Positions 62,447 through 64,000 of a DNA stretch of 64,000 bases are shown here, piece by piece. Source of the DNA: Lytechinus pictus (taxonomy: Eukaryota). Position 1 is the first letter of the stretch, and the number at the start of each line of letters is the position of its first letter. The stretch covers positions 43,278,001 through 43,342,000 of the forward strand of contig NC_087245.1 of NCBI RefSeq assembly GCF_037042905.1, written 5' to 3'. The notes under the pieces were generated by a model. It was not told the origin of the DNA, made no database searches, and worked only from the letters and a program-made list of their open reading frames with translations. A program made the translations under genes and the position numbers.

Positions 62447-64000
62447 TAACTAGAGATGCTCAGCGGGTTGTGCGGCTGAGCACATGTATCCCCCGAACCC
62501 ACCGCGTCATCCGTCATTGCAATATATAGAGCTCACACAGAAATTCGACAAATAAATACAACTATCATGGCGATAATGACCCTGCCCACATTTTGCCTGT
62601 GGGTACCAAATTCGATGCCAATAATATGACGTAGCAGCGTGACTCTGGAACCAAATGTATTGTCCAGTATCACCTGTTGGGGAATACAATTATAGAGTAA
62701 TCTGGATATATTTTGTAAACCTAACCCTAAGACCCCCAACCAAAAACGATAGGCATCTTCGCTTCACCTTCTAATACTGCTTCTGTGTGCCAACTGTTAT
62801 GACAAAGTGGAAAAAAAACAGAAGTTACAGGTTTTACAAAATTTTCCACAAAAATATGGTTACCATGGCAACCATGTGTCCACCCACTCCAAAATCATAA
62901 GGCGGCTTTGCTTTACTATAATGGATCTTCATGACAAATATGAAGATAATTGGAGAAGAAATGCAGCCAGTAGAGCACTCACAAGAAAATCTCTGCTATT
63001 TCTATAAAAACTCTTGTTCCCATGGCAACGATGTCTCCGCCCACACCAAAATCAATAGGCGGTTTTCCTTAATGGACCTTCGAGCCACATTTGAAGATGG
63101 TCAAAGAAGAAATGCAGCTAATAGAGCGCTCACAAGGACATCTCTGCTATTTCCTTACAAAATCGTTACCATGGCAACGAAGTCTCCGCCCACACCAAAA
63201 TCATTACGCGGCTTTGCTTTACCATATTGAACATGCCACATTTGAAGATGATCGGAGAAGAAATGCAGTTGGTAGAGCACTCACAAGGACATCTCTTTAA
63301 TTTCCACAAAAACTCTTGTTACAATGGCAACGATGTCTCTGCCCACAGCAAAATCAATAGGCGGCTTTGCTTTACTATAATAGACCTTCAAGCCACATTC
63401 AAAGATGATCGGAGAAGAAATGCAGCTGGTAGAGCGCTCACAAGGACATCTCTTTAATTTCCACAAAAACTCTTGTTACAATGGCAACGGTGTCTCCGCC
63501 CACACCAAAATCAATAGGTGGCTTTGCTTAACCATAATGGACCTTCATGCCACATTTGAAGATGATCGGAAAACAAATGCAGCTAGTAGAGCGCTCACAA
63601 GGACATCTCTGCTATTCCACATAAACTCTTGTTACCAAGGCAATGATGTCTCCGCCCACACCAATATCAATAGGCGGCTTCACTTTACTATAATAGACCT
63701 TCATGCCACATTCAAAGATGATCGGAGAAGAAATGCAGCTAGTAGAGCGCTCACAAGGACATCTCTGCTATTCCACAAAAACTCGTTACCATGGCAACGA
63801 TATCTCCGCCCACACCAAAATCTATAGGTGGCTTCGCTTTACCATAATGGACCATCATGCCACATTTGAAAATGATCGGAGAGGAAATGCAGCTGGTAGA
63901 GCGCTCACAAGGACATCTCTGCTATTTCTATAAAAACTCTTGTTCCCATGGCAACGATGTCTCCGCCCACACCAAAATCAATAGGTGGCTTTGCTTAACC
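62447..64000. repeat. HINE-like end followed by ~155-bp tandem array (at least 7 units, runs off the window)
   Basis: AACTAG...GCTCAGC..GCTGAGC hairpin; ATGGCAAC..GTCTCCGCCCACACCAAAATC recurs at ~62864, 63020, 63168, 63322, 63479, 63634, 63789, 63946. Confidence 0.88.

Noticed and set aside
62807..63933. Overlapping short ORFs as a repeat protein
   Set aside because: They arise from the ~155-bp tandem array; unit lengths are not consistently multiples of three and frames shift

Overview
This is AT-rich eukaryotic (metazoan) genomic DNA. The repeat families suggest an echinoderm or similar marine invertebrate, but that is inference. It is not prokaryotic, and I see no rRNA, tRNA or CRISPR array. 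Positions 1-45 kb are a dense pile of nested transposon relics. They include spliced exons of SAM/SAMD3-like accessory genes, a zinc-finger transposase N-terminus of EnSpm/Mirage (CMC) type, and a CACTG-type terminus. There is one full-length intact CR1/L2-group LINE and one broken one, a SET-domain exon, two decayed Crypton-like tyrosine-recombinase genes, a 5'-truncated L1/Tx1 copy with a 17-bp TSD, and RTE and L2 fragments. Many MITEs and Helentron-type (HINE) elements are present, plus unusual CTAG/TCTAGA palindromic tracts. From 48 to 62 kb lie the last four coding exons of a minus-strand host gene that looks like MRNIP. One of its introns holds a young LTR element with identical CGCCA...TGGCG LTRs, a 3-bp TSD and one intact 865-aa ORF carrying a catalytically altered retropepsin-like domain. 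The window ends in a ~155-bp tandem array. All family assignments come from motif recognition by eye, not database searches.
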